A stretch of DNA of 64,000 bases from a virus, in the IMG/VR virus record IMGVR_UViG_3300030085_001980. One strand, 5' to 3'. Under the pieces are notes generated by a model. The model ran no database searches. It was not told where the DNA came from and worked only from the letters and a program-made list of their open reading frames with translations. Made by a program: the position numbers and the translations under genes. Every line of letters begins with the position of its first letter. Positions within the stretch are counted from its first letter, which is position 1. Below, piece after piece: positions 54,454 to 64,000 of this stretch.

Positions 54454-56892
54454 TCAGTTCAGTAGCAATGGCAGACCGTAAATTTGAGTAGGTCCGACGC
54501 CGCAACCAGCAGCAAAAAGACCAGTTCCGACTCCATATGATGCCACACCAGATGTTACCTGGTTTACAATGGCACCGCCACCTGCTGTAACAAACTCACC
54601 GATGCCACCAGCAGGACAAGCAACCAGAGTTGCGTGACCACCAGAGGTACCAGCAACGATGTCTACCATACCAGAAGGCAATGAAGAACCAACTGACATA
54701 CGGATCTGTGTAGCAGGGAGAGCACTGGTTCCAGCGACCTCAGCAGTCATAGTGAGATCTGGACCTTTGATGATTGACATTCTACCAGTGATACCAGGCA
54801 GGATGTTCAGCATACCAACCATATTGAACACAACGTTGTTGACAAGATTAGTCTGCCAAGAACATTCGTTGACGATCTCACCAGAGATCGAGTTCATCAT
54901 AGAGGTTGCTTTATTGTTGATGTTACCAGCGTTGACAGCGAACTCGTTAAATGCACTGAAGGTGATGTTTGCTGCCTGAATACCATAGTTACCTTGGTAG
55001 TTCATCTCGTGGTCAGCAGCTTTGGTCTGTGAAGACTTTGCTTGCTGCTCACCAGGACTTCCACCACCAGCACCATCATCACCCTCCATACCAACACCAT
55101 TGGAAGTGTGCTCGTTGAATGCACCACGTACCTCAAGGTTGAAGTCACCGTTGACGATCAAGGTATAATCACCCTCGATAGTCTCACACTTGTTACCTTT
55201 GACAGTAGTACACTTATCACCACCAATGATCTTAGTTTCGTTCTTAGGTTGGTTGTAGTGAGTGTTACCCTGGTTATCAGAGATCTTAGTCTGACCGCCA
55301 GTATCACTGACAATAGTCTTCTCTTTACCCTTGGTATTATCCTGAATGACGGATGCACCGTTCATAAAGGTTGTAACCTGCATCGCAAATGGATCCAGGT
55401 TGGAGTACATATTACTGATGATGTCACCAGCAGTATTATTACCACCCAAATCAACCTGCACTTCCCTTGTCATAAACTCAGGGACAGTATCGCAAGTCGA
55501 TGCTCCGAATAGTGGTAACCAGAATTTTAGTTTTGATTTTCGTAGTTTCCTGCCGCAGTCCTTCTTAGGAAGCAGCATCTTAAGGATAGCGATGATCAAA
55601 GATACAACGCTGCCCCAGTTGATCTTACTGAAGTCAAATTGGAAGATTGAGTCAAGTGCTTGACCCATCTGCTTAAACTGACCAATAGTATTCTTAACTA
55701 CTTGGATTGCCTTAACGAGTGTACGTGCAACAGATGCAACTTTTTGCAGACCACTCTTGACTTTTCCTACAATGCCATTAACAGTGCTTGTTACAGATGC
55801 AGGGATAGCATCATATACTTTGGACACAATAATATCTGCCATCTGATTGGCAAAGGCAGCTGTGTCATTTAGCGCACTTTTTACAAGACCAAGAATCCAT
55901 TGACCCTCAAATCCACAAAACAGACTGAAGATGAAGTCTGCCAGTTCCAAGAGAGCATTGAGGATACCAAGAGGGATAATCTGAGTCAGGAACTTCTTAA
56001 TAGCACCAACAATAGCGTCAATCTGCTTGGCAAGAATCTCTTTCATCCAGGACATAATGCCTGAAATACCATTTGCCATCAGCAGGTTGATACCTTTCAT
56101 CGCCTTCTTCAGGATCTGGTTATCGACCTTCTTACCAGTGATGAGTGAGACTAAGTTGCCAGCAGGGTCAGATGCAAGTCCACTTGCAAGATTACCAACC
56201 TCAGTGAGCATTCTCTCCAGGTCTTTCTCAAAACCCTCTCCAGCAGGACCCTGAACACCATTGCTGATCGCTTGAGGTTCCTGTGGTACAACTTTGGGGT
56301 TAGTTGCATAATGACCTGCTAGTCCTTGCTCTGCCTTGCCAAGAATTCCTCGGTCAGTTGCTTCGCCGCCAGCCGAATCAGCAGGTGCTGAACCCGTTTT
56401 GTTGAATGGTGCTCCGCCAGGCACATCAGCACCCGCGCCATCCTTCGCGGCGGGAGGATAGTCGGGTGCATTGTCTGGACTTGCAACAGTCGTCTTGCTA
56501 ACGGCACTATCACCACCGTCTCCACCCGACTTCTTGTCATTGACATTACGCATTCCTCGGAAAGAACCCATAACGACAGGAAGTTGTGCCTCTTCACCAT
56601 CAAGGAAGAAACCCAACACCTGTGCACCAACTTCCAGTTCGGTAGTGGTGCCAGTGTTTTTGATGCCAGGTTGGTCGGTAGGCAGCAGTACAGATGCCCA
56701 AGGGAGATCCTCTGTCTTTACAGAGGACAGATATGCTTCTTTACTTTGTCCGCCAGTGTACCATCCGATGACACGTACACGAACTCGTCCAAGTTGCTGA
56801 GGATCCTTTTTATCTTCTACTTCACCTACCCACCAGGTGAATCCGTCACGACCCATCACATCGGACTTACCAATAGTATTGATAGCAGTCAT
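54454..56892 (-). CDS. gp5: Baseplate hub/spike protein gp5
   Basis: RDGFTWWVGEVEDKKDPQQLGRVRVR...LPWA...GFFLDGEEAQLPVVMGS (gp5 OB domain); C-terminal V.G....TI.GD beta-helix repeats. Confidence 0.9.
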   Translation of the reverse strand: MTAINTIGKSDVMGRDGFTWWVGEVEDKKDPQQLGRVRVRVIGWYTGGQSKEAYLSSVKTEDLPWASVLLPTDQPGIKNTGTTTELEVGAQVLGFFLDGEEAQLPVVMGSFRGMRNVNDKKSGGDGGDSAVSKTTVASPDNAPDYPPAAKDGAGADVPGGAPFNKTGSAPADSAGGEATDRGILGKAEQGLAGHYATNPKVVPQEPQAISNGVQGPAGEGFEKDLERMLTEVGNLASGLASDPAGNLVSLITGKKVDNQILKKAMKGINLLMANGISGIMSWMKEILAKQIDAIVGAIKKFLTQIIPLGILNALLELADFIFSLFCGFEGQWILGLVKSALNDTAAFANQMADIIVSKVYDAIPASVTSTVNGIVGKVKSGLQKVASVARTLVKAIQVVKNTIGQFKQMGQALDSIFQFDFSKINWGSVVSLIIAILKMLLPKKDCGRKLRKSKLKFWLPLFGASTCDTVPEFMTREVQVDLGGNNTAGDIISNMYSNLDPFAMQVTTFMNGASVIQDNTKGKEKTIVSDTGGQTKISDNQGNTHYNQPKNETKIIGGDKCTTVKGNKCETIEGDYTLIVNGDFNLEVRGAFNEHTSNGVGMEGDDGAGGGSPGEQQAKSSQTKAADHEMNYQGNYGIQAANITFSAFNEFAVNAGNINNKATSMMNSISGEIVNECSWQTNLVNNVVFNMVGMLNILPGITGRMSIIKGPDLTMTAEVAGTSALPATQIRMSVGSSLPSGMVDIVAGTSGGHATLVACPAGGIGEFVTAGGGAIVNQVTSGVASYGVGTGLFAAGCGVGPTQIYGLPLLLN

Positions 56893-56921
56893 TAATAATA
56901 ACGTTTAATTTCTTATATTGG

Positions 56922-56929
56922 TATTTATA
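56922..56929 (-). promoter_or_regulatory. T4-type late promoter TATAAATA
   Basis: Exact consensus upstream of gp5. Confidence 0.8.
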
Positions 56930-56938
56930 CAGGAAGAA

Positions 56939-57622
56939 TCAATCTTTGATATATCCTTCCTCAACGAGGTATTTACGGGTCAAAGGTGTGGGTTCGTAGA
57001 TCTCCCACATCTTACCAGTGGCACAAGCATCCAATGCTGCCTGAGTCATACCCTCAGTACGTCCTGCCCAACCTGCTTCTGCTTCCCAGGGCACAGCATT
57101 GGCGGGATAGGTGCGCTCTGCCATAACCTTCCAGATCATAGGCACATCCTCTTCTGGTTTGATGATGGCAATCAGACTATTCTCAATAGTTCCTGCCATA
57201 CAATCTTGAGCAGCGTGCCATCCTTCGTGACGCATCAGTTGCATCAGGACAGCAGGATCATCCATCCAGTCCCTGTTCAGATAAAAGTTATTACTGACGG
57301 TGTGATACACACCACGATGACCCTTAGGGAAATAGCGTTGATCGGCAAGAAATACCTCAACACCGATCTTATCCAGTGTTGTCAACAGTCGGTTGAACTC
57401 TTGCGATGCAAAAGTGTATCGTTCGGGTTTCGGATACTCCGACGAGATGTCTAAAAGGGAATTGACCTTTTTAACATCCTTAGTGCATTCACGTACCAAC
57501 ATACAACCCATAGCATCGTATGAGTTATATCCTTTGGTAATCTTGTCTTCCCCTGCATTGACAGGGACTGTCATCCCGTGGGCAGCACCCAAGAGAAGAC
57601 CTGCAAGAATGACGCTTTTCAT
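56939..57622 (-). CDS. Putative exported HExxH metallopeptidase-like protein
   Basis: Signal-peptide-like N-terminus; LMRHEGWHAAQDC...WEAEA (third ligand Glu). Confidence 0.65.
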   Translation of the reverse strand: MKSVILAGLLLGAAHGMTVPVNAGEDKITKGYNSYDAMGCMLVRECTKDVKKVNSLLDISSEYPKPERYTFASQEFNRLLTTLDKIGVEVFLADQRYFPKGHRGVYHTVSNNFYLNRDWMDDPAVLMQLMRHEGWHAAQDCMAGTIENSLIAIIKPEEDVPMIWKVMAERTYPANAVPWEAEAGWAGRTEGMTQAALDACATGKMWEIYEPTPLTRKYLVEEGYIKD

Positions 57623-57638
57623 AAAAAATTTTCGACAA

Positions 57639-57710
57639 TGGGCGAAGAGGGGATCGAACCCCCGACCGACTCGGTGTAAACGAGTAGCTCTACCGCTGAG
57701 CTATTCGCCC
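57639..57710 (-). tRNA. tRNA-Val(TAC)
   Basis: GGGCGAATAGCTCAGCGGTAGAGCTACTCGTTTACACCGAGTCGGTCGGGGGTTCGATCCCCTCTTCGCCCA. Confidence 0.93.
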
Positions 57711-58270
57711 TAAGCATATGAGATCCATCCTGTGGCAATCATTTTCTCTTCATTTGGTGCTGGCAGACCGTGATGGACGTGAGTCCAATCTGCTGGCCAG
57801 AAGAGTGTCAAACCTTTTTGTGGTTTGACTTTTTTATATTGGTGGATCCAGTAGGTTTCACCACCCTCTTCAACATCATTAAGATACGTCATCCAAGCAA
57901 GGTGACGCCACGTAGTAGTTTTATCAGAACCAATACGTTCACAATGAGGGCGGTGATAACCACCGTTGCCCTTTGGATACCACTGAATGTTGAAAGGTTC
58001 ATTCAACTCCAGATCTGCCATACGGGCGTATGTAAACTTAGTAAGGTAATCGTCTAAACAAGATTGTAGTTCTCCAAGAAAAAGACGTACTGCTTTTTCA
58101 TTCAGATATGGCGGGATTGCCATATCAACGGAGTTTTTGACTGATTTGTCAACTCCATCGGAGAACTCTCCGTTCACCTTTCTAAGGTATGTGCAATTAT
58201 CCCAGAATTCGATCAAATTGTCAATAGTCTCATCGGAGATTTTACCTCCATCAATAAAATCAGTCTTCAT
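57710..58270 (-). CDS. 2OG-Fe(II) oxygenase (prolyl-4-hydroxylase-like)
   Basis: FNIQWYP..GGYHRPHCE...RHLAWMTYLNDVEEGGET...FWPADWTHVHHG. Confidence 0.9.
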   Translation of the reverse strand: MKTDFIDGGKISDETIDNLIEFWDNCTYLRKVNGEFSDGVDKSVKNSVDMAIPPYLNEKAVRLFLGELQSCLDDYLTKFTYARMADLELNEPFNIQWYPKGNGGYHRPHCERIGSDKTTTWRHLAWMTYLNDVEEGGETYWIHQYKKVKPQKGLTLFWPADWTHVHHGLPAPNEEKMIATGWISYA

Positions 58271-58487
58271 AAACTAGACATTCTGGTTCTGAGGGATTCT
58301 GATCGCAGAAAAGTTCCAAATATGTGGGATCGTGATGATCACCTGCTTCGATTTCTTTTTTGTGGTGTTCTACATAATCCTCCAGGTCGTGCAATTCGCC
58401 TTCAATGTGACGACGCATTTGAGGATTTGTATTGGGGTTGTCAAGGATCTCTTTGTCCTTGGCAATATGTGCTTCGATGTTCTCCAT
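58260..58487 (-). CDS. cp12: CP12, Calvin-cycle inhibitor
   Basis: C-terminal DPTYLELFCDQNPSEPECLVYED is the CP12 signature; lacks the N-terminal Cys pair, as phage CP12s do. Confidence 0.93.
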   Translation of the reverse strand: MENIEAHIAKDKEILDNPNTNPQMRRHIEGELHDLEDYVEHHKKEIEAGDHHDPTYLELFCDQNPSEPECLVYED

Positions 58488-59869
58488 TAGAGTATGCTGT
58501 CCTTTGATAGATTTAGGCTTGTGGTGATACCTGACTTTGTATAAGTATGCTTCAAACCAAGTACAAGATACTTGCCTGAGTACATTTCGTCAAGTTCAAT
58601 ACGACCAGACTGTGACTGAGATGATGGAATTCTGACATTGATCACATCTCCTGCTGCAATGGATGCGTTTCCAGGGATTTTGATGTCCAATTTAATCGCA
58701 TTTAGCAGCTGCCATCTAGACGTACTATAGGCAGAAGATTGAATAGTGTCAAATGTCATATTTCCAGCATTTCCATCAGGATTTGCAGAGTTCTGTGCAT
58801 TCTTCATTGAAGGTAGTGCACGAATCTTGATCCTTGCTGGTTTCTCTGGTGAGAAGTAATCATCATTTACCTTAAAGAATGGGAACCCCTTATTAAGGTG
58901 CTTTGACATACCCCAAACTTCCTTTGCCCCCATATTAATAGGAGGATTGATAGAACCAGATGGTGAACTATCTTTCTTACCGTCAGAGGTTGAACCACTG
59001 CTAGGTAAGAACCCGCTAGTCAATGCAGGCATAGTAATACCTAAAACGGTATTACTGAACGTACCAGAACGTAAACGTTCTAGTGTGTTTGCTCTGTCAG
59101 GATAGTTGATGCTCTCAATCTTGAATGCATTGAGATCACCCCCAGGAGCAGCACCCACGTTCGCTTGTTCATAGGTATAAACAATCGGATTAGTGAATGA
59201 TGGATTTGACTCCGAACAAAGCATATCCATTGTAGCAAAATTTGTGCCTCTTGAAGTCTCCCAATAGAGATACCCAGGTCTTCCAGAAACACTACCTACA
59301 ATCTTATCTTGTACGTATGAAATAACATCATACGCTCTCCAAGACGGAGAGATGAAGTTAAAGTTGCCTCTCGCTTCTTCCCATAGTTTGTGTTTTACCT
59401 TCCTGTTCAAGTATTCCTTTTCAATTTTATTGACAACTGCACTACCTGGTTGATCGGTAAATGACTTAAATACACGATTTGCTTCGTTCAAATGTGCACC
59501 AGGAGATGTAGTGTACAGGATGTACGTAACTGCACGCTCAGATTTGGTAACTTCACCAACTTTGAATATTTTTTGAACTACCTCAATCTCAGTATCAGGA
59601 GCAGTATCGGTAGTCAGTACCAAACGAATATATTCATTACCATTGATACCAGAAATCAGATCTACGGTGTCATAAATCAAAAACTCACATCTGATAACAG
59701 GCGATTCTACTGCTTCATAGTAATTGAAGTTGGAACAAACATCTCTAAGATCAAATGCATCCTCACCCGAAAACTTCAGTTCAGACAGATCTGTTTTCGT
59801 TGAGATGTCTCCATCACCCAACAAAAGTGCGAATTCTTTTAGTTCGTAACCTTTAGGTTGTGCTGACAT
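58487..59869 (-). CDS. Baseplate hub-type structural protein (gp27-like, tentative)
   Basis: NYYEAVESP..., IPGNASIAAGDVINV...SGKYLVLGLKHTY C-terminus typical of contractile-tail hub proteins. Confidence 0.6.
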   Translation of the reverse strand: MSAQPKGYELKEFALLLGDGDISTKTDLSELKFSGEDAFDLRDVCSNFNYYEAVESPVIRCEFLIYDTVDLISGINGNEYIRLVLTTDTAPDTEIEVVQKIFKVGEVTKSERAVTYILYTTSPGAHLNEANRVFKSFTDQPGSAVVNKIEKEYLNRKVKHKLWEEARGNFNFISPSWRAYDVISYVQDKIVGSVSGRPGYLYWETSRGTNFATMDMLCSESNPSFTNPIVYTYEQANVGAAPGGDLNAFKIESINYPDRANTLERLRSGTFSNTVLGITMPALTSGFLPSSGSTSDGKKDSSPSGSINPPINMGAKEVWGMSKHLNKGFPFFKVNDDYFSPEKPARIKIRALPSMKNAQNSANPDGNAGNMTFDTIQSSAYSTSRWQLLNAIKLDIKIPGNASIAAGDVINVRIPSSQSQSGRIELDEMYSGKYLVLGLKHTYTKSGITTSLNLSKDSIL

Positions 59870-61947
59870 CAGAAGAAATTACTCAAGATAGAAGATCCCT
59901 CACCAAGGAATCCAAAACGACTTTGCAGGAATTGATTTGCTGGATTCTGCTTTCCAGGGAGAACAACAGGTGCACTTTCTCCTCCACCATCAGCAACTCC
60001 ACCAGGAAGTTCCATAATGTCAAGTACGATGGTCTTGATACCTTCAGCTGTCTCCATAGCATCTGCCTCATCAGTCGCTTCTAGGACAGTCTGAGTCAAA
60101 TTCATAATGGTCTTACCAGCACCAACAACTGGTGCCAACTGAGGGATATTTGCAGCAATGGGCGCTACAGCGTTGACAACTGGTTGCACCGTATTCATTA
60201 CGGCACCAATACCCTTACCAATACCCCCTAGGATGCCTCCTAGACCCATTTCAGGTAGTTTACCGCCTGCAGATTTCAAGTACCCACCTGCACGTGCCTG
60301 ACCGATCCTTCTAGCGGTCAAACCAGGATCTCTGCGCGTATGAGGGGTATCAAAGGGTATTACAAAACCCCCAGCGGATCTTTGTGCCACATATTCTGTT
60401 CCGTGACCGATAAAGGATACGGACCTTCCACCATCGAGTGATACTGGGTAACCTGACTGTGGTCCACGGATCCAACCACCCTTCGCCATCTCCTGCACCT
60501 TGGTGATCTGAGGTGGTGCCAAACGTGGTTTGATGTTATACACGCTGCCACCCATAGACCTCTTAGGTACGTGGACGCTGTTAACGATAGTAGTTGGACT
60601 GAATGGAAGAATTCCACCCTTTGAGAACTCTGCAGCGGATGATATTGCAGGGAATGGTCCACCCTTACTCTCTAGGATGACACCATCATTTGCTGCTTGC
60701 TGCTCTGGTGTTAATCCAGGTGTTTCAGGTGTCTCTTCAGGTTTTGTACCAGCAACCCACTTCAATACGTTAGTAAGACCCTGCATAAGCATAATCAGGG
60801 GCTTGAATGCAGTTTCACCCAAGAATGAAGCAACCTCCATTATCTTGGGTAGATGTGGCTTGATGAAGTCTACCAACTTCTGGATCGCTGGACCCAATGC
60901 CTCAAAGAATTCTTTGGTTGCCTTCTTGATAGGTTCCAGGAAGGCATTGACAACCTTCATTATCTGTTCAAAGAAATCCTTCAGCGCATTGAAGGTATCC
61001 TTGACAATAGGACCTAAGAATTTACCTGCGTGCTTACCAAGAAATCCACCAAGGGCATTACCAATCAGACCACCAATAGGACCAGCAAGTTTATTGCCGA
61101 GCGCACCCAGTGCCATACCACCAACGGCAGCTCCAGTACCAGCACCGATTGCAGCAGATCTTCTGTCTTCTTCATCACCCTCATAGTTCGCCATCACATC
61201 CTGATAAGCCATAATGCCCTGACCTGCCGCCAGGAGCGTCTGACCAATCACATTGCCACCAAGGAACTTACCAAGATTAAAAATACCTTTGGCAACGCCC
61301 GTAAGCATCTTGCCAAAAGTAGTGATAGTCTTTATGGGATTTTTGAGGAAGGCAAGACCTACCAGGACAGCAGCACCTGCACCTATTAATTTAAGTGCAC
61401 CCTCCATCCTCTCTTGGAAAGTTTTATCCTTTCCAAATGCTTTCTCCCAGTTTGTAGTTATAAAATCAGTGACACGAGTGAAGAACGCTACGACCCCTTC
61501 AAAGAACGATTTAAGTCGCTTGAATGTACGTTCTATACTCTCCCTATTCTTTGGATCAGATAACCAATCCAGTACGCCATATATCAGCATACTTTTTAGT
61601 AATTTACCCAACCATTCCATAAAGGTTGGGGATGCTGCAGCAATGACGCCACCAATCTTCTGACCGATATTTTCCTTCGGTGCTTCGATCTTACCTTCTA
61701 GATTTCTATCTCTACTCAGTTGTGCATTACGTGCTGCCTCTGCTTGTGCAGCTTGTGTTGCAGCCTGTTGTCTCTTCAGTGCTACACCAATACTATTAAC
61801 AGTAGCACCTAGGGAATTAATCGCATTTAATGTACTCGCGAAACTTGCACCAGCAACTTGCTTTCCACCAATAGATACCGTCGCACCATCCCCTTTGGGA
61901 CCAGTGACGAACTTATAAAATCTAATTGAAGGTGTTGATACTGCCAT
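59869..61947 (-). CDS. Tape-measure / hub-associated helical protein
   Basis: Ala/Gly-rich GAAVGG...GGLIG...GGFLG repeats followed by amphipathic helical repeats. Confidence 0.7.
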   Translation of the reverse strand: MAVSTPSIRFYKFVTGPKGDGATVSIGGKQVAGASFASTLNAINSLGATVNSIGVALKRQQAATQAAQAEAARNAQLSRDRNLEGKIEAPKENIGQKIGGVIAAASPTFMEWLGKLLKSMLIYGVLDWLSDPKNRESIERTFKRLKSFFEGVVAFFTRVTDFITTNWEKAFGKDKTFQERMEGALKLIGAGAAVLVGLAFLKNPIKTITTFGKMLTGVAKGIFNLGKFLGGNVIGQTLLAAGQGIMAYQDVMANYEGDEEDRRSAAIGAGTGAAVGGMALGALGNKLAGPIGGLIGNALGGFLGKHAGKFLGPIVKDTFNALKDFFEQIMKVVNAFLEPIKKATKEFFEALGPAIQKLVDFIKPHLPKIMEVASFLGETAFKPLIMLMQGLTNVLKWVAGTKPEETPETPGLTPEQQAANDGVILESKGGPFPAISSAAEFSKGGILPFSPTTIVNSVHVPKRSMGGSVYNIKPRLAPPQITKVQEMAKGGWIRGPQSGYPVSLDGGRSVSFIGHGTEYVAQRSAGGFVIPFDTPHTRRDPGLTARRIGQARAGGYLKSAGGKLPEMGLGGILGGIGKGIGAVMNTVQPVVNAVAPIAANIPQLAPVVGAGKTIMNLTQTVLEATDEADAMETAEGIKTIVLDIMELPGGVADGGGESAPVVLPGKQNPANQFLQSRFGFLGEGSSILSNFF

Positions 61948-63977
61948 TATCTGATGCTAGCTGAGGGGGATGAGAATTGTACGTCGTTGCCTCCACCAGA
62001 TGTACTCATTCTTCTAATGGCAGGTTGTAAGATGACTGCCTGGGAGGTTGGTTTCTTTCTCTTAGGTTTCTGTGGGATTCTAGTGTTGGGTTTGTCAGTA
62101 TTTATGTCTCCCACTGGGATCCTGGTATGAGGAACGCCACCATCAGGTCCTTGTGTGGCGTTTACAATCGTGTTCTGATGCTGTCTAGGAGTTCCAAACA
62201 GTTTAGGGTACGTGACGTGAGGACTCAAGTCTCCACCCCTACCACGAGGATAGACCTCAAAGTGTAGGTGAGTGTCATCAATACTTCTACCAACTCGTCT
62301 CATATCAACGAGTTTACCGATGACCTGTCCTGCCTCTACCCTGTCTCCAGGTTTGATGCTAGGAATCATATGCAAGTAACGCTGGTCGTAACCATCGTCA
62401 CCTTTAATCATAATACCTGCCAGATAATCAAGATTAGGTACGTACCTATCTGTGATCGCCTCACCACCAACAACAGCGACAACATCGATTGCAGGGTTAG
62501 GTCCGAAAGGATACTTTTCAACTAGGTCAACACCTTGGTGTGCTCCTCTACTTGATGATGCGTGAGATCTATGGTACTGATATATCTGACCATCAAAGTG
62601 ACCCTTAGGCAGAGGGAAGAATCTACTACCTTTAGGTGCACCACCAGGAGGTGCCTGAGGTCTCTGTCTGACCTCCTCCAGTTGCATAGTCTTATCTTGG
62701 ATATTGGTAGTCAGTTCACCTGCAATCCTTTCCTCCAGTTCTTTGATATGTTTCTTCTCGTGCTCAACACGATCAGCAACCGTGTTCATACCAGCATCAT
62801 TATGATCCTGCCAAGCAAATCGTACTCTATAGTCAGGACCTTCTTCCTGTACGTATCGCTCAAGTCTTGCTAACTTTTTCTTTGCATATTCCAGGTCATT
62901 CTTTGCATCCTGTTTTGCCTGCTTTGCCATACGGAGTTCTCTTTCCGCCGTCTCAGTTTCAGCCTCAAGTCCAAGAACATTTCTGAAACGACCCAACTGA
63001 TCCGCTCCACCTTGCATAATTTTCTTGGCACCCTCAACCAGATTGACAAGTTTTTGAATAGCACCTTGTACAAAGTCAGAGTTGATAACATCATTGATTT
63101 TTTGGACTGCACCCTCAAGGATGGGTGACAGTTTTTCCTTGATCAACTCCAGGACGGGTAACACTCCATCACGGAACAACTCAATCATCGGGTTGATGAC
63201 TGGCATAAAGAACGACTTGACTACTGGGAGGGCAATCTCCACGAAGAAGTTCTTGATCGGTTCCAGTATGGGAGTAATAGCATCACCAATGAAGGCACCA
63301 ACCTTTTCACCAAGGAATGATCCAAGCAACTGACCCACAATAGGACCAAATGGACCCAGGATAGGTGTCAACAGTGCAGACATAGCAAGACCACCAACAG
63401 TGGCACCAATACCAGCACCTGCTGCTACCTGCATCGAGTCACCCTTAGCAAGTCTACCCGCAAACGCAGCACCACCCGCAAGTACGGAGAGACCACCACC
63501 TTTCAGAAACTTACCACCTGCTCTGAGACCTTTACCTGCAACTGCTTTGAGTTTACGCATCTGACGGATGCGTTTGATATTTGCAGCGCGTTTACGTACT
63601 AACTGTTTATGTAATTGCTTCTGCGACTTTACTGTATTCTTTTTCATCCCCTTGGTGAGGAACCTAGTGAGACGAGCAGCGTCACCAATAAGTTTCCAGG
63701 GTTTTAATATCCTATCTGCTAACCACAGCGCCCCGAGACCACCTACAAGTTTCAGAGCACCCATAAGGATGTTCTTCTCACCAAAGGCTTCCATTATCAG
63801 GTTCACACCTGTGGTCAGTACCTTAAATACCGTACCCAACCACGCCTTGATTATCTTAAGACCAGTCTTGATCGTTTGCTTGTTCTTAGGATCACTAAGG
63901 AAGTCTAGAACAAACCACTGCAAAGCAGAGACTGCCAACCACTTGAATGGTGCTAACAACCTCTCCAACCAACCCAT
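61947..63977 (-). CDS. Tape-measure-like protein with C-terminal M23 peptidase domain
   Basis: Gly-rich hydrophobic helices plus AHQGVDL...YLHM...V.PGDRVEAGQVIG...HLHFEV. Confidence 0.82.
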   Translation of the reverse strand: MGWLERLLAPFKWLAVSALQWFVLDFLSDPKNKQTIKTGLKIIKAWLGTVFKVLTTGVNLIMEAFGEKNILMGALKLVGGLGALWLADRILKPWKLIGDAARLTRFLTKGMKKNTVKSQKQLHKQLVRKRAANIKRIRQMRKLKAVAGKGLRAGGKFLKGGGLSVLAGGAAFAGRLAKGDSMQVAAGAGIGATVGGLAMSALLTPILGPFGPIVGQLLGSFLGEKVGAFIGDAITPILEPIKNFFVEIALPVVKSFFMPVINPMIELFRDGVLPVLELIKEKLSPILEGAVQKINDVINSDFVQGAIQKLVNLVEGAKKIMQGGADQLGRFRNVLGLEAETETAERELRMAKQAKQDAKNDLEYAKKKLARLERYVQEEGPDYRVRFAWQDHNDAGMNTVADRVEHEKKHIKELEERIAGELTTNIQDKTMQLEEVRQRPQAPPGGAPKGSRFFPLPKGHFDGQIYQYHRSHASSSRGAHQGVDLVEKYPFGPNPAIDVVAVVGGEAITDRYVPNLDYLAGIMIKGDDGYDQRYLHMIPSIKPGDRVEAGQVIGKLVDMRRVGRSIDDTHLHFEVYPRGRGGDLSPHVTYPKLFGTPRQHQNTIVNATQGPDGGVPHTRIPVGDINTDKPNTRIPQKPKRKKPTSQAVILQPAIRRMSTSGGGNDVQFSSPSASIR

Positions 63978-64000
63978 CTTTGGTGGTTCTGGTTTCTCTT

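Noticed and set aside
57393-57713. Plus-strand ORF spanning tRNA-Val
   Set aside because: Antisense to a tRNA and a real CDS; accidental.
58260-58487. CP12 as a novelty
   Set aside because: Phage CP12 is a well-established cyanophage auxiliary metabolic gene.
63978-64000. Partial upstream gene at the right edge
   Set aside because: Too short to assign a frame or function.

Overview
A 64-kb segment of a T4-like marine cyanophage (myovirus). The host is probably Synechococcus, inferred from CP12, two phycobiliprotein lyases and three tRNAs that read A-ending codons. Nearly all genes are on the minus strand. Reading from right to left, the window holds: (1) tape-measure-like and baseplate-hub genes, CP12, gp5, CpeT and three tRNAs; (2) a late block of fibre and virion proteins; (3) an island of two flavin-dependent halogenases, seven 2OG-Fe(II) oxygenase-family genes and an S-type bilin lyase; (4) an early region of small ORFs punctuated by a six-copy dyad promoter element, with an SF2 helicase, a PD-(D/E)xK nuclease and an HNH gene; (5) a divergent-promoter, DnaA-box-like intergenic region; (6) the baseplate wedge genes PAAR, gp25 and gp6, and a giant gp7-like ORF of at least 4612 aa that runs off the left edge and is missing from the ORF track. 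The most striking observation is that the giant wedge protein carries repeated helical domains that align by eye with phycobiliprotein subunits, including cysteines at both bilin-attachment positions, while the same window encodes both lyase classes (S and T) that serve those positions. All family assignments come from motif recognition and remembered sequences; no database search was run.
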